From positions 1,116,001 through 1,180,000 of the forward strand of contig NC_092680.1 of NCBI RefSeq assembly GCF_964355755.1: 64,000 bases of DNA. The letters are read 5' to 3'. The number at the start of each line of letters is the position of its first letter. Position 1 is the first letter of the stretch. This document shows, one piece after another, positions 1 to 10,725 of the stretch. Made by a program: the position numbers and the translations under genes. Under the pieces are notes generated by a model. The model did not search any database, was not told where the DNA came from, and worked only from the letters and a program-made list of their open reading frames with translations. This DNA is from Antedon mediterranea. Lineage: Eukaryota > Animalia > Echinodermata.

Positions 1-289
1 CTTGCATTACAAAAATACGATGATCTCATAAAAATCATAATTATTATTAGAAGAAGCATCGTCAGAACTAATCCAGTTTAATAATCCAGTTTAATCCCGT
101 TATTATCAATTATGTTATGCTTTCAATCTAGCTTGGAAGGGGAACTACAAGAAAAAGGAGGGTTCGCTCTTGAAAACTTTTTCTAGTTACGAACTTGCTG
201 AATGTTGTATTTTGTTATTCCAATTCTTGTTCATCGATTCCTTATGCGCAATTGTTCTGTGGATTCAACAAAGTGTGGTCGATGAGTTG

Positions 290-3200
290 TTAAATTTCAC
301 TGTAAATGTAGATACATAATATAGTTTATTTACTATTTTATCAAAGAGTTTTTTTTCTTATTCTTCGAGTTTCATTCCTATAACATTTTGGGGGATGGTA
401 TTACAGTAGGAGCATACTCAAACTTAAATACGATAAACTGTAGATTTGGTTAAATATATACAGTATTTCCTCATAAAAAATAAATAGTAGTGGTTCTGGT
501 TGAGAATGGATGCCTATGTTCAATTTAATTCAATGTAAATTTGATAAAGAATGTTATCATTGTGTTGTTTAGAAACAGCAATAGGCCTACTATGGCGAAT
601 GAAACATCGTTAGGCTTACCTAAGCTCATTGTCTTCTTGGTCTTTATCTCCGTTTGGAATTGGTTTAGGTGATCTATTACTGTATAAAGTATACAAAATT
701 AATAAGATAGTTAGATATAGAAATGTAATCAGTAAATGAAATCTTAAATAGGCCTATTTTTTTATTTGACACATCCTTAAAACGGTATTGTTAGCATATA
801 CATATTGGAAGACCTTAATTAACCGGTTCTCGTTAAGCTGTAAATTGTTAGGCCGGTAATACACAGTTTAACTTCTGTGGGTAAATAAAAGAACAAAGTA
901 AAAAAACCTACCTCAATTTATTGTGAATGACACAAACTGAAATTATTAATAAAATAACTATAAAAACAGCTCCGCCACAAGCACCAGCAATAATACCTGT
1001 AAATCAATTAACAAAACATAAGTTTGGCTTTTTTAATTTGATTTTGATACCATTATTTTATCCTGAAAACGGTATAAAAACGACTATTTAAGAATGTTTA
1101 CGTTACGTACCTATTTGAAGATCAGATGTCTTTTCTTCGGTGTATGTGATGGTGATGATGATCGTGGTACTATTATCTACAATTAAGAACAAAACAAGTT
1201 ATTATTTTACTTATAATTCCTTAATATGTTTTATGTAAGAACATTTTAACTTATAATGTTGTTTTTAACAAAACATACAAACAAGCGACGAGTGGAATTA
1301 CACTCTTCCCTACAAACACACAAAATACAAATCGCTCCATTAATATGACTCATTGTCTCGTGATTACACACAAGCAACAAAACTTGGTTAATTGGTTTAC
1401 AAAATAGAAAGTAACATGTACATTTTACCTTCGATGGTCGTGGGTGTCTCGGTGGTCCCTTCAGTATCACTTGTGGTACCTTCAGTATCACTTGTGGTAC
1501 CTTCAGTAGCACTTGTGGTACCTTCAGTAGCACTTGTGGTACCTTCAGTATCACTTGTGGTACCTTCAGTATCACTTGTGGTACCTTCAGTAGCACTTGT
1601 GGTACCTTCAGTAGCACTTGTGGTACCTTCAGTAGCACTTGTGGTACCTTCAGTAGCGATTGTGGTACCTTCAGTATCACTTGTGGTACCTTCAGTAGTA
1701 CTTGTGGTACCTTCAGTAGCACTTGTGGTACCTTCAGTAGCACTTGTGGTACCTTCAGTATCACTTGTGGTACCTTCAGTAGTACTTGTGGCACCTGCTT
1801 TATTGCAATCCATCATCAATAGTTGTGTCTCAATCAATGCTGTATAATATACAATATTAATATTTAAATAACCCGTTTATTGAAATTATTAATAGTCTAA
1901 CATTAATAGAACCCTATTCGAAACACAACAGTGTGTCCCTTACAGTGTTCCTTAAATAGGTTGGCAACAGTGTGTCCCTTACAGTGTTCCTTAAATAGGT
2001 TGGCCATTTTCTTAAGTTTGGCCAATACTTCACGTAATGTTTTGTACGGGAAAATGATAATGAAAAAAGGGGTTCTACAGATACGAAAAGTTATTCGCCA
2101 AAAGAAAGTCTTACTCGAATAAGATTTTAGAAATCCTGATTAGATGGTGGTACGGTATGGAACTTGTAACAAGTTTTTGATTTGTAAATATTACAAAATA
2201 AAAATGTAATGTGGCGTGTTGACCGCGAATGACTAACAATACCATCTCTCCCATTACAAACTCATTTGCATAACAACGCACGGCATACCAAACTGTTTAA
2301 AATGAAGCTGAACGGTTCCCAGAAATTACATCTATTATTTTGAAACAAAATATATAAGCGTCTTCAGTACTCCACCATGTTTGGGGATGAGCAAAGACAA
2401 TTTTGAAAAATAGACCTGCTAGGTTCCCGGCCGAAAAAAACTTTACATAATTTGAAATTATATGAAACAAACTAAGATCCACCAGGACAAAAGAGCTTGT
2501 CCCCGGAAAGTGCACCTATTCATTGAAACATGAAATTAAATATTAAGTCTCCAGTACTAGACCACTGCAGCGGTTGAGGCAGAGCTAAGAATGAACATAG
2601 AGCAAAGTCCCTAGAATTGCACTTATACTTATTGTTATACATAATCACCTATGATAATTATGATAATGTATGTCAACTATCCAGATCGACTTCAACATGT
2701 TAGGTGGGATTTTCTACTTTAAAAACTCGACTTCGTATATGCCTAAGGCCTGCCCGGCGGCGGAATTAGTCTAAGTTTCAAAGTTGATCAAGAAATCGGC
2801 ATCTTTGCAAATGTTCTATATTTTATCTTATTCACTCTCCATTAACCCCATACAAAAACCATCGGAGACAAACTATCTGTTTTTAAACATGTTTATTCTG
2901 GGACGGTGCGATCATACACACCAACTACCAAAACGATTATTCATAACATAATACTATATCTTGCATTAATCGGATATTTCACATTGATTAATAAAATCAA
3001 AATTTGTGTGGCGTGTTGATCGCGAATGACTAACAATACCATCTTTCCCGCTACACCTGTATAAACTCATTTGCATAACAATGCACGGCATACCAAACCG
3101 CTTCGTACTCCTGCGATGAATATAAATTCCATTCTAAATACGTAACGAAGAGAAATATTAATTTCTTTTAAAATTGAGGGCGCCAAACATAAAATTTACG

Positions 3201-6200
3201 AGATCGAATACAGGTTGAAAAAAAATTAAATAAAAAAAAAGATGTTAAATGTGCTCTCCCTGCCTCAGCACTAAGGCCCTGCCACAGCCTTTTGGGGTCG
3301 TTTCCAGCACATCACCAGATGCATTGATGTTATCGCCTCATGATGTGTGGTGGAAAGGGGGACGTATGATCTGTGAACCCCAAACTCGCATAGCCTTAAC
3401 TCTATTCCACCGACCAGCGTGGGAATCGCACCCACGACATACGTGTGTTAACACGACGCTCAGGCAACTGAGCTAACTGATCATTTTGGTTTTAACAAGG
3501 TTAATACGATATTTATGACGTATTGATATATTGCGTAATACATGTATAAATAGACTATTATCAGCTGTTCAGCCATGTAAGTTGTGGCGTAACGTGTAAT
3601 GCTCAGTTTTGAGTGCTCTCAACTCTAGATTTGGTGGGTTCGAACCTCTACGAATACAATTTTTTTTAAATAATAATAATTTTTTTGTTTTGAAAGAGCG
3701 ATATTTAGAACTTTGACTAAATGTCAGGCCTAGGCCTAATCAAAAGTGGACCTTTTTTTAAAAAAATCAGGAACAGAGTTGTATGGCATTAAATTGTTAG
3801 AAAATTAAATAAACTACTATTATAAAACCTCAAAAAGAAGCCCATGTGATCCTGCATTTGTTAGTACTCTAGGGTGGTACTCACAGATGGGGTTCGATCC
3901 TCTATGGATATATTGTTTTTTTTAATGGAAAATTAATTTTTTTAAAATTTTTCTTTTCTTTTTTCTGTTTTAGCAAGGTTATATGTGTATTTATGACGTA
4001 ATGATGAATTACGTAATACATGTATAAACAGACTCTTATCAACTGTTACGTCATGTACTTTGTGGCGTAACGGGTAATGCTCAGTTTTGAGAGCTCACAG
4101 ATGGGGTTCGAATCTCCATGGATATATTATTTTTTTTATATTCTATTTTCCTCCTGCAATTTTTTAGAACTCTTTGGTGGGCCACTTTTCCAGATGGACT
4201 TCTTTTCGAGATTACTTTTACAAACTAAAAGAGGGGAGCTGCTGGGTTCCCGACTGGAAAACTGTTTTTCTACATTATTTGAATAATCTTCTAATGTAAT
4301 ATTACAAAATAAAAATGTAATGCGGCGTGTTTACCGCGAATGACTAACAATACCATTTTTTCCATTACAACAAAATAAACTCATTTGCATAATAACGCAC
4401 GGCATACCAAACTGTTTAAAATAGAGCTTGTGTTTTAAACATATTTCGTGCCCACAAATGGTTCTAAAATTAGCACCCTGTGAATTACAAATTTAAACAA
4501 ACCCAATTTGTGTTTTTTATGTAACATTAGGGTTGAGGGATGGTAAGAGGATAGGTGCAAAGAGGGACCATTTCAAAATATATTCTTTATCCGTAACGAC
4601 ATATTTTTGGCTTTTATGTTTTATAAATAATATAATTGTAATTATTAATTATTAAGAAGCAACTGTCAGTAATAAAGTTTAATTATGCTGGAATAGTACT
4701 ACCAAACTCACAGTAAAAAAATGTGCTTTAAATGGGACAAAAAAATGGTTTATGTATTTATTGTTAAAAGGTTTGGATTGGATGTTCCATTCATCGCCAA
4801 GCAATCATTTTGTATAAACGTAGATTTCTACCGGTATATTAAATCTATCAAAATAGTATTTTTTTAAAGAAAATCGGCCTGTCCTCAACATTATGATTCT
4901 GTTCTCGAGCTGTTTTACTGGTTTTCAGCTATTAAAGCAATTGTCGTAGAAGGAAATAGGTAAATGCGAAGCATCGTCGTATTATTATGTGCGGGTATTT
5001 TTCAAGATGGAAATCCATTAGACAGTGTATATCACGATCGGAAAACACCTACATCGTTAAACCTAAATTCGTTTTAATTGTCAGTAACTAGTTATCTAAC
5101 TCAACTTAATTTTTAGTAAACAGGGTTACATCAGGTGGTTAAAATCAGTACCGAAAGTATGAACCAACTTTATATATAGGCCTACCATCGAGTAAACATT
5201 ATAGAAGTAACCCGCGATGTACCGAATTTTGCCGTAACGTAAATGTAGGCCTATATATAGATTATCATTAAAAATATAAAAAAATACCTACATTGTTCTT
5301 CACATCTTGACACAAAAATATTGGCGCATGGAAATGTTTCCAAAGCCAAATCGTATAGACCCGGATCATAATCAAACAGTTCTTGTCGGTTACTGATATT
5401 ATTGTGGACACCATCGGTGTGTTCTTGAACAACATCAACATTAAAAAACTTCTGTACTCCTTCAGCGAAATATTCGCGCCTGTTAGTGGCGGCGTATGTT
5501 GACTCCCACAGTCCTGCTGCAATGGCCTCGTTATATGTTACTTTCAAGCGGTTGTTAAAATCTGAATCCAAAGTATTCATGCCGATTATGTGGATTGCGT
5601 GTGCAAATTCATGAACTCCAATATCTTCTTTATACCATCTGTCCTGTCCCCTCGGAAAACACAATAGATTCTCTTCTGCCACTGTTGACACAGGGTTGTT
5701 TAGAGTTCCGCCAAATCCGCGGGCACGATCATTTTGATCGTCATCCAAGTAAGAATATTCTGGGATTTCATTGGTTAGTTCTTCGAGACCGATAATTGAA
5801 TAACGTGCACAATTATTGTGCAAAGCGTTCCGGACATCTTGGCGATCGGCGAGCATAAACCGAACGATGTAGCACGCGCGTAACATTGCCGCTTCTGACA
5901 CGGCCTCTGATGATAGAATAGGTATTCCGTAAGCGTAGGTATAGTTATAATAAAAAGAGTCTAGGCTGAATTCTTGTCGTAGGCTATCCGGGATCGGGAT
6001 TACTCGGTCACACATTGAGTAAGAAAGTGCGTCTCCTCGTGGAATACAATCGGCAGCCCGACGTATATATCGTGATACATTTGCTGTAAATAATGAAATA
6101 AATACGGACCTTCAGTTTTAACCCAATAATAGCGGTGCAGTCAAACTTTAATGAATGTTTATGTCTAAATGTCTAAAGCAATATCTTCTCAATGCCATAA

Positions 6201-7676
6201 CATTTGATTTTCTTAAACAAAACAATATTAAGTAAAAATAACAAAACATTCGATTAACCCTCTTTCAAGTAAAATACCAAACAATTGATACGACAGTGTC
6301 TTTGTTATGCGCGATTTGAACGATTTGCGCAATTTGAAATTGCGCAAAAAAAATCCTTGCGCAATTTGAATTGAAACATGTGTTTCAAATTGCGCAAGCA
6401 ACGTATTAAATTGCGCAAGTAATCTGCAAATTGCGCAAGGTTTTTCGACAGATTGTGAAATCATGCACACCCATATTTTTATAGTAATTTCTAAGAATGA
6501 TTCAAAATTAAAGATAAATATCGCATTTCCTTATTTTAGTAGTGCAAATATTGTTATAAGTAAAGTTAGCATACCGTCGAAGAACCGACGAAGGAAAACG
6601 AAGCGGTGGTGTTCCACCAGGCGGGCGCGGGGCGGGGGCGGCCGGCTATAGCCTACTACTCTAGCCTAGCTAGGGTCTGGACTACTGATACTGACTAGGT
6701 TACATGGCCTAGCTTAAACTAATATTAAAAACTTAAAAAGGGAGTATTAAACATTATCTTCATTGAAATGGTCTTATTATTTATATAATAAAATACTAAA
6801 TTTTAAACTCCTCTGCCTAGGCCTAGCCTAGCCATGTATGGGAAAATTTACAGTTCGTTTTCAAATTGCGCAAAGGTGTCATATTGCGCAAGAACTATCT
6901 TGCACAATTTACAAATTGTGCAGCGCAATTTAAAATTGCGCAAAGATTTTCTTGCGCAATTTGAAATTGCGCAAGTTGATTGCACAATTTGAAATTGCGC
7001 AAAAAAATCCTTGCGCAATTTTAAATTGCGCAAGAATTCTTTGCGCAATTTGAAATTGCGCAAGGATTTTTTTGCGCAATTTCAAATTGCGCAAATCGTT
7101 CAAATCGCGCATAACATCTTCATGTACCGCGCACTCTCTTTGCTGTTACCACCTATAACCAACTTTACACAGACGAACGGTAACGGTAATACAAATATAG
7201 AATCTAATGTTATTCCTTATGATCAATTACACACAACGCTGAGTGGACGTGTGGTTTCCGCTCAGGACATTATACGTGGGACAAGCTACGCGGTTTTCCG
7301 CTCAGGATAGATACAGACATTATACGTGGGACAAGCTACGCGGTTTTCCGCTCAGGATAGATACAGACATTATACGTGGGACAAGCTACGCGGTTTTCCG
7401 CTCAGGATAGATATAGACATTCTACGTGGGACAAGCTACGCGGTTTTCCGCTCAGGATAGATATAGACATTCTACGTGGGACAAGCTACGCGGTTTTCCG
7501 CTTACCGTTACCACTCGTCTGTATAAATTGGTTTATGGTTAGCTAGACTAGTACTGTATCTTATAGACAATTTAACCATATTGCTTTACAGGTAGGCATA
7601 GAATATTTCATAACTTACCATCACAAATATACATCTGTACCATTCCAATTACGAATATAACCCACAAATTGTTCAT
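290..7676 (-). CDS. Gene 1: type I membrane zinc metallopeptidase (HExxH, zincin-like) with Thr/Ser-rich mucin stalk
   Basis: Seven phase-compatible GT-AG exons: 7619-7676 (signal peptide MNNLWVIFVIGMVQMYICD), 5292-6083 (catalytic domain; HEFAH, later EYFAEGVQKFF), 1429-1839 (TTSATEG repeats), 1111-1176, 912-996 (TM GIIAGACGGAVFIVILLIISVCVI), 620-679, 290-299 (ends SEI*; least certain exon). Confidence 0.85.
1452..1795 (-). repeat. 21-bp coding tandem repeat (~16 copies) encoding the TTS(A/D/T)TEG mucin stalk of gene 1
   Basis: Unit cacttgtggtaccttcagtag/tat; lies inside exon 1429-1839, which has phase-1 splice sites at both ends. Confidence 0.9.
2187..4420. repeat. Three dispersed direct copies (~2187-2300, 3005-3100, 4298-4420) of a ~110-bp motif, enclosing tRNA-like/SINE fragments; probable transposon relic in a gene 1 intron
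   Basis: Repeated gcgtgtt..cgcgaatgactaacaataccat...aactcatttgcataa..acgcacggcataccaaac; A/B-box-like tgtggcgtaacg...gggttcgaa at ~3583-3645 and ~4061-4115. Confidence 0.55.
6303..7116. mobile_element. Non-autonomous TIR element (MITE), TGT...ACA ends, 4-bp TSD (Ginger-like)
   Basis: Near-perfect ~60-bp inverted termini tgttatgcgcgatttgaacgatttgcgcaatttgaaattgcgc / gcgcaatttcaaattgcgcaaatcgttcaaatcgcgcataaca; TCTT on both flanks (6299-6302, 7117-7120); many internal AAATTGCGCAA repeats. Confidence 0.8.
7154..7540. mobile_element. MITE-like element with imperfect inverted ends, containing a 50-bp tandem repeat (~5 copies, ~7250-7500)
   Basis: acacagacgaacggtaacggtaa vs ttaccgttaccactcgtctgtat; unit gacattatacgtgggacaagctacgcggttttccgctcaggatagataca. 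Confidence 0.6.
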
Positions 7677-8046
7677 TTTATTACTTGGTAATGTCTGTCC
7701 ACAGTCACTTCACCGTGATAAAATGTCCGTTTCTTAGACCCATCGTCGGATATGGTATTATTATTGTACAAGGTACGAATAGCAATTGACCGCTCAAAGG
7801 ACGTTATAATTCAAATGAATTATATACGTTTCAATAACTATTTGAGGTTAAATAAACTAGTACAATAAATAAATATTTCTATAAAATTAAAATAAACGGG
7901 GCATAAGAATACGTAGGCCTATACATTACACTACATTGAACAGCAAAGTGAGTTTCATGGATGAGTACATTCAAAATACGATGTTAACAACAATATAATG
8001 CAGCCAATGTATAAAAAGGTAACGCACTAATAATAATATTTATTTG

Positions 8047-8165
8047 GCAAGTTTGAAAAAGGCAGACAAGTTTGAAAAAGGCAGACAAGTTTGAAAAAGG
8101 CAGACAAGTTTGAAAAAGGCAGACACGTTTGAAAAAGGCAGAAAAGTTTGAAAAAGGCAGACAAA
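8047..8165. repeat. 19-bp minisatellite (~6 copies)
   Basis: Unit caagtttgaaaaaggcaga. Confidence 0.9.
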
Positions 8166-8444
8166 TAACCGTTTTTACTTATCATTAACACATAAAAAGC
8201 AGCACACAATTATTGATATTATAAGATATTCCAGTAACATTTTTCAAACTTTTTGACACTTCTTTTCGTGTGTTTATACCATACCCTGTTTTCTTGTAAC
8301 ATTATACAACTATCTACGACTATGTTATCATAAAGTGCGATAGATTGTTCAAGTTCAATAGTAAATACAAAATTGAGGCAATTTTTACAGGAAGGTACGA
8401 CAGATATTACAAAATGTTACGTAACTATGCGTGCGCAAAATTGT

Positions 8445-9100
8445 ATATAGTTGCTAGTCTTTGGTTTTGTAACTACGGTAATCGTATATCACAGATTGTA
8501 TATATTTTTATTTATTTTTTATTTATTTAGGCAAATTGACAAGGATAACCATAAGCGAATTAATTCACTAACCTTCTTAAAGATAGCAATATTGTTCACA
8601 AGACAAACATTATATTTATATCTAGTACACATAAAATAAACATAAACAAAATAAAGTAATGGTCTCTCGCACAAATATAGTTGCTAGTCTTTGGTTTTGT
8701 AACTACGGTAATCATATATCACAGATTGTATATATTTTTATTTATTTTTTATTTATTTAGGCAAATTGACAAGGATAACCATAAGCGAATTAATTCACTA
8801 ACCTTCTTAAAGATAGCAATATTGTTTACAAGACAAACATTATATTTATATCTAGTACACATAAAATAAACATAAACAAAATAAAGTAATGGTCTCTCGC
8901 ACAAATATAGTTGCTAGTCTTTGGTTTTGTAACTACGGTAATCATATATCACAGATTGTATATATTTTTATTTATTTTCTATTTATTTAGGCAAATTGAC
9001 AAGGATAACCATAAGCGAATTAATTCACTAACCTTCTTAAAGATAGCAATATTGTTCACAAGACAAACATTATATTTATATCTAGTACACATAAAATAAT
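8445..9100. repeat. 230-bp tandem repeat (~3 copies)
   Basis: atatagttgctagtctttggttttgtaactacgg recurs at 8445, 8675 and 8905; explains three near-identical 62-aa ORFs. Confidence 0.92.
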
Positions 9101-9439
9101 ATGCAGCATATTAAACATAAACAAACTAAATTAATGGTCTCTTGCACAAAGCCTGAAATCATCTAATGACAAGGACGGTTAGAAAGATAAGTAATACTTC
9201 AAGTAAGAATACACACAATTACCATATTGCAAATAATTATGAATAAGCACCTGCTAAAAATATTACAGAAAACACTGCAATATAGAACCATAATTATGAC
9301 ATAGCCGGCAGAATAAATAAATAATCTCCACTTAAATAAAATAGCATCAATATAGGACAATTTAGCCTAAATCCTATTATTTTTGTTTACACCATATTTA
9401 TTGAGGGTGATTGATCCAGCAATTACTGATCATTAGGGA

Positions 9440-9620
9440 CCCTCAGAGGTTCATAAGACAAACATATACACAAGATGCTCTACATAAACAAAGTCTTATT
9501 ACAAGTCTTCAGGAGGGGAATTTTGTCCTTAGAAAAAATCCTGACATGTGATGGGACTTGAACCCAGTCCCCTTGAGGTGGTAGCCAAGCATCATAACCA
9601 CCAAGCCACAACTGCACTCA
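9440..9620 (-). mobile_element. tRNA-derived SINE fragment
   Basis: Reverse strand reads tgtggcttggtggttatgatgcttggctaccacc...gggttcaagtccc (A and B boxes); a similar head occurs at ~55350-55400 (+). Confidence 0.55.
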
Positions 9621-10080
9621 TTAATCTAATTAATATCATCAATCAGGCTTTTGACCAAATTACTTCCAAGCATTATGTTTTTATTTTATTTCAACCACAC
9701 AGCGAAAAATGTTATAGGATGTCTTAACAAATATTTAGATATAAATATATACAATACAATACGAAACATACAAATAATTATACAGATATTGCATGTTTAT
9801 AAAATAGTATTTGAATTACTGTTTATTTATCTCAAAGAATTATTTTCCTGATGGCAATATAGTCCTGATAGAATAGTTACCAAAGCTGATCTGAAATGTT
9901 ATAATATACTGTTAAAAAAGGTAATATCTGTTATATGCAGTGCCACAAATAGTGTATATTGGTTAATAAGTCATTTCTGGTCACTGTCGACCAATTACGT
10001 TCAGCCATTTACATATATATATAATAGTATAATATTATAGCAGAATAAAGTAAATCAATATTCCAGATACATAGTTCTAA

Positions 10081-10213
10081 AGCTCTGTCCACACTATCAA
10101 ACCAAGTGTGATGTGCCACAAGGTAGTAATATGCACAAATATGACATCATCATGTCCATATATGAGCACATCACTTTTTTTGTCACATAAAGTTTGATAG
10201 TGTAGACAGAGCT
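10081..10213. mobile_element. MITE family A (PIF/Harbinger-like, TAA TSD), representative copy
   Basis: TIR agctctgtc(c/t)acactatcaaac / gtttgatagtgtagacagagct flanked by TAA. Further copies at ~12426-12572, 16975-17078, 41883-42024, 44704-44838, 45157-45302, 45940-46035, 49131-49560 (interrupted), 50527-50835, 56725-56858. Confidence 0.8.
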
Positions 10214-10292
10214 TAAAAATAAAAACAATGCAACTCTTCATGATTCATTTGGTTTCATGTCATCGTTGTATTTGCGTTACAGCTCTTCGTTA

Positions 10293-10694
10293 TCAAACTG
10301 CGTCTGTTTTTGTATTGCATTCCTTGTCTTGGGCCAAGGGTTCGGTTTCTCTGTTGAAAATATTACTCACAGATTTAGAGAATATCTTATTTAGTTTATT
10401 TTATCTATTTTTACAAATCCTGGTACTTGTTATGAAGAAAATGACTACAGTAAAACCATTATCATGGGGACATACCTTTGTAGTAAATGTAAATGTACCT
10501 TAACAGGGTGTCCCCTGAATAGGGATTGGCAATAGTGTTAATATATATATACTCCTGATGAGTGAGTTGCACGACTCACGAAACAAGCCTGTAGAGACCA
10601 AACTGTAGGTTTTACTTCTTTTCCAGACTTAACGTATATTTTAGCTCTACTTTACCGTATTGAGCACTTTCTAGACGGTTACATTGAACCGAAC

Positions 10695-10725
<31 letters not shown>

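Noticed and set aside
1246-1847. ORFs PQVLLKV (-) and VVPSVAL (+)
   Set aside because: Alternative frames of the 21-bp repeat; only the TTSATEG frame fits the splice phases of gene 1.
4060-4120. tRNA genes (also ~3583, 9545, 51385, 55350)
   Set aside because: Only A/B-box-like motifs; no complete cloverleaf; consistent with SINE heads.
6848-7310. RNFKLRK / AQFQIAQ ORFs
   Set aside because: Translations of the MITE's palindromic subterminal repeats.
8451-9099. Three near-identical 62-aa hydrophobic ORFs
   Set aside because: Products of a 230-bp AT-rich tandem repeat, starting at TTG rather than ATG.
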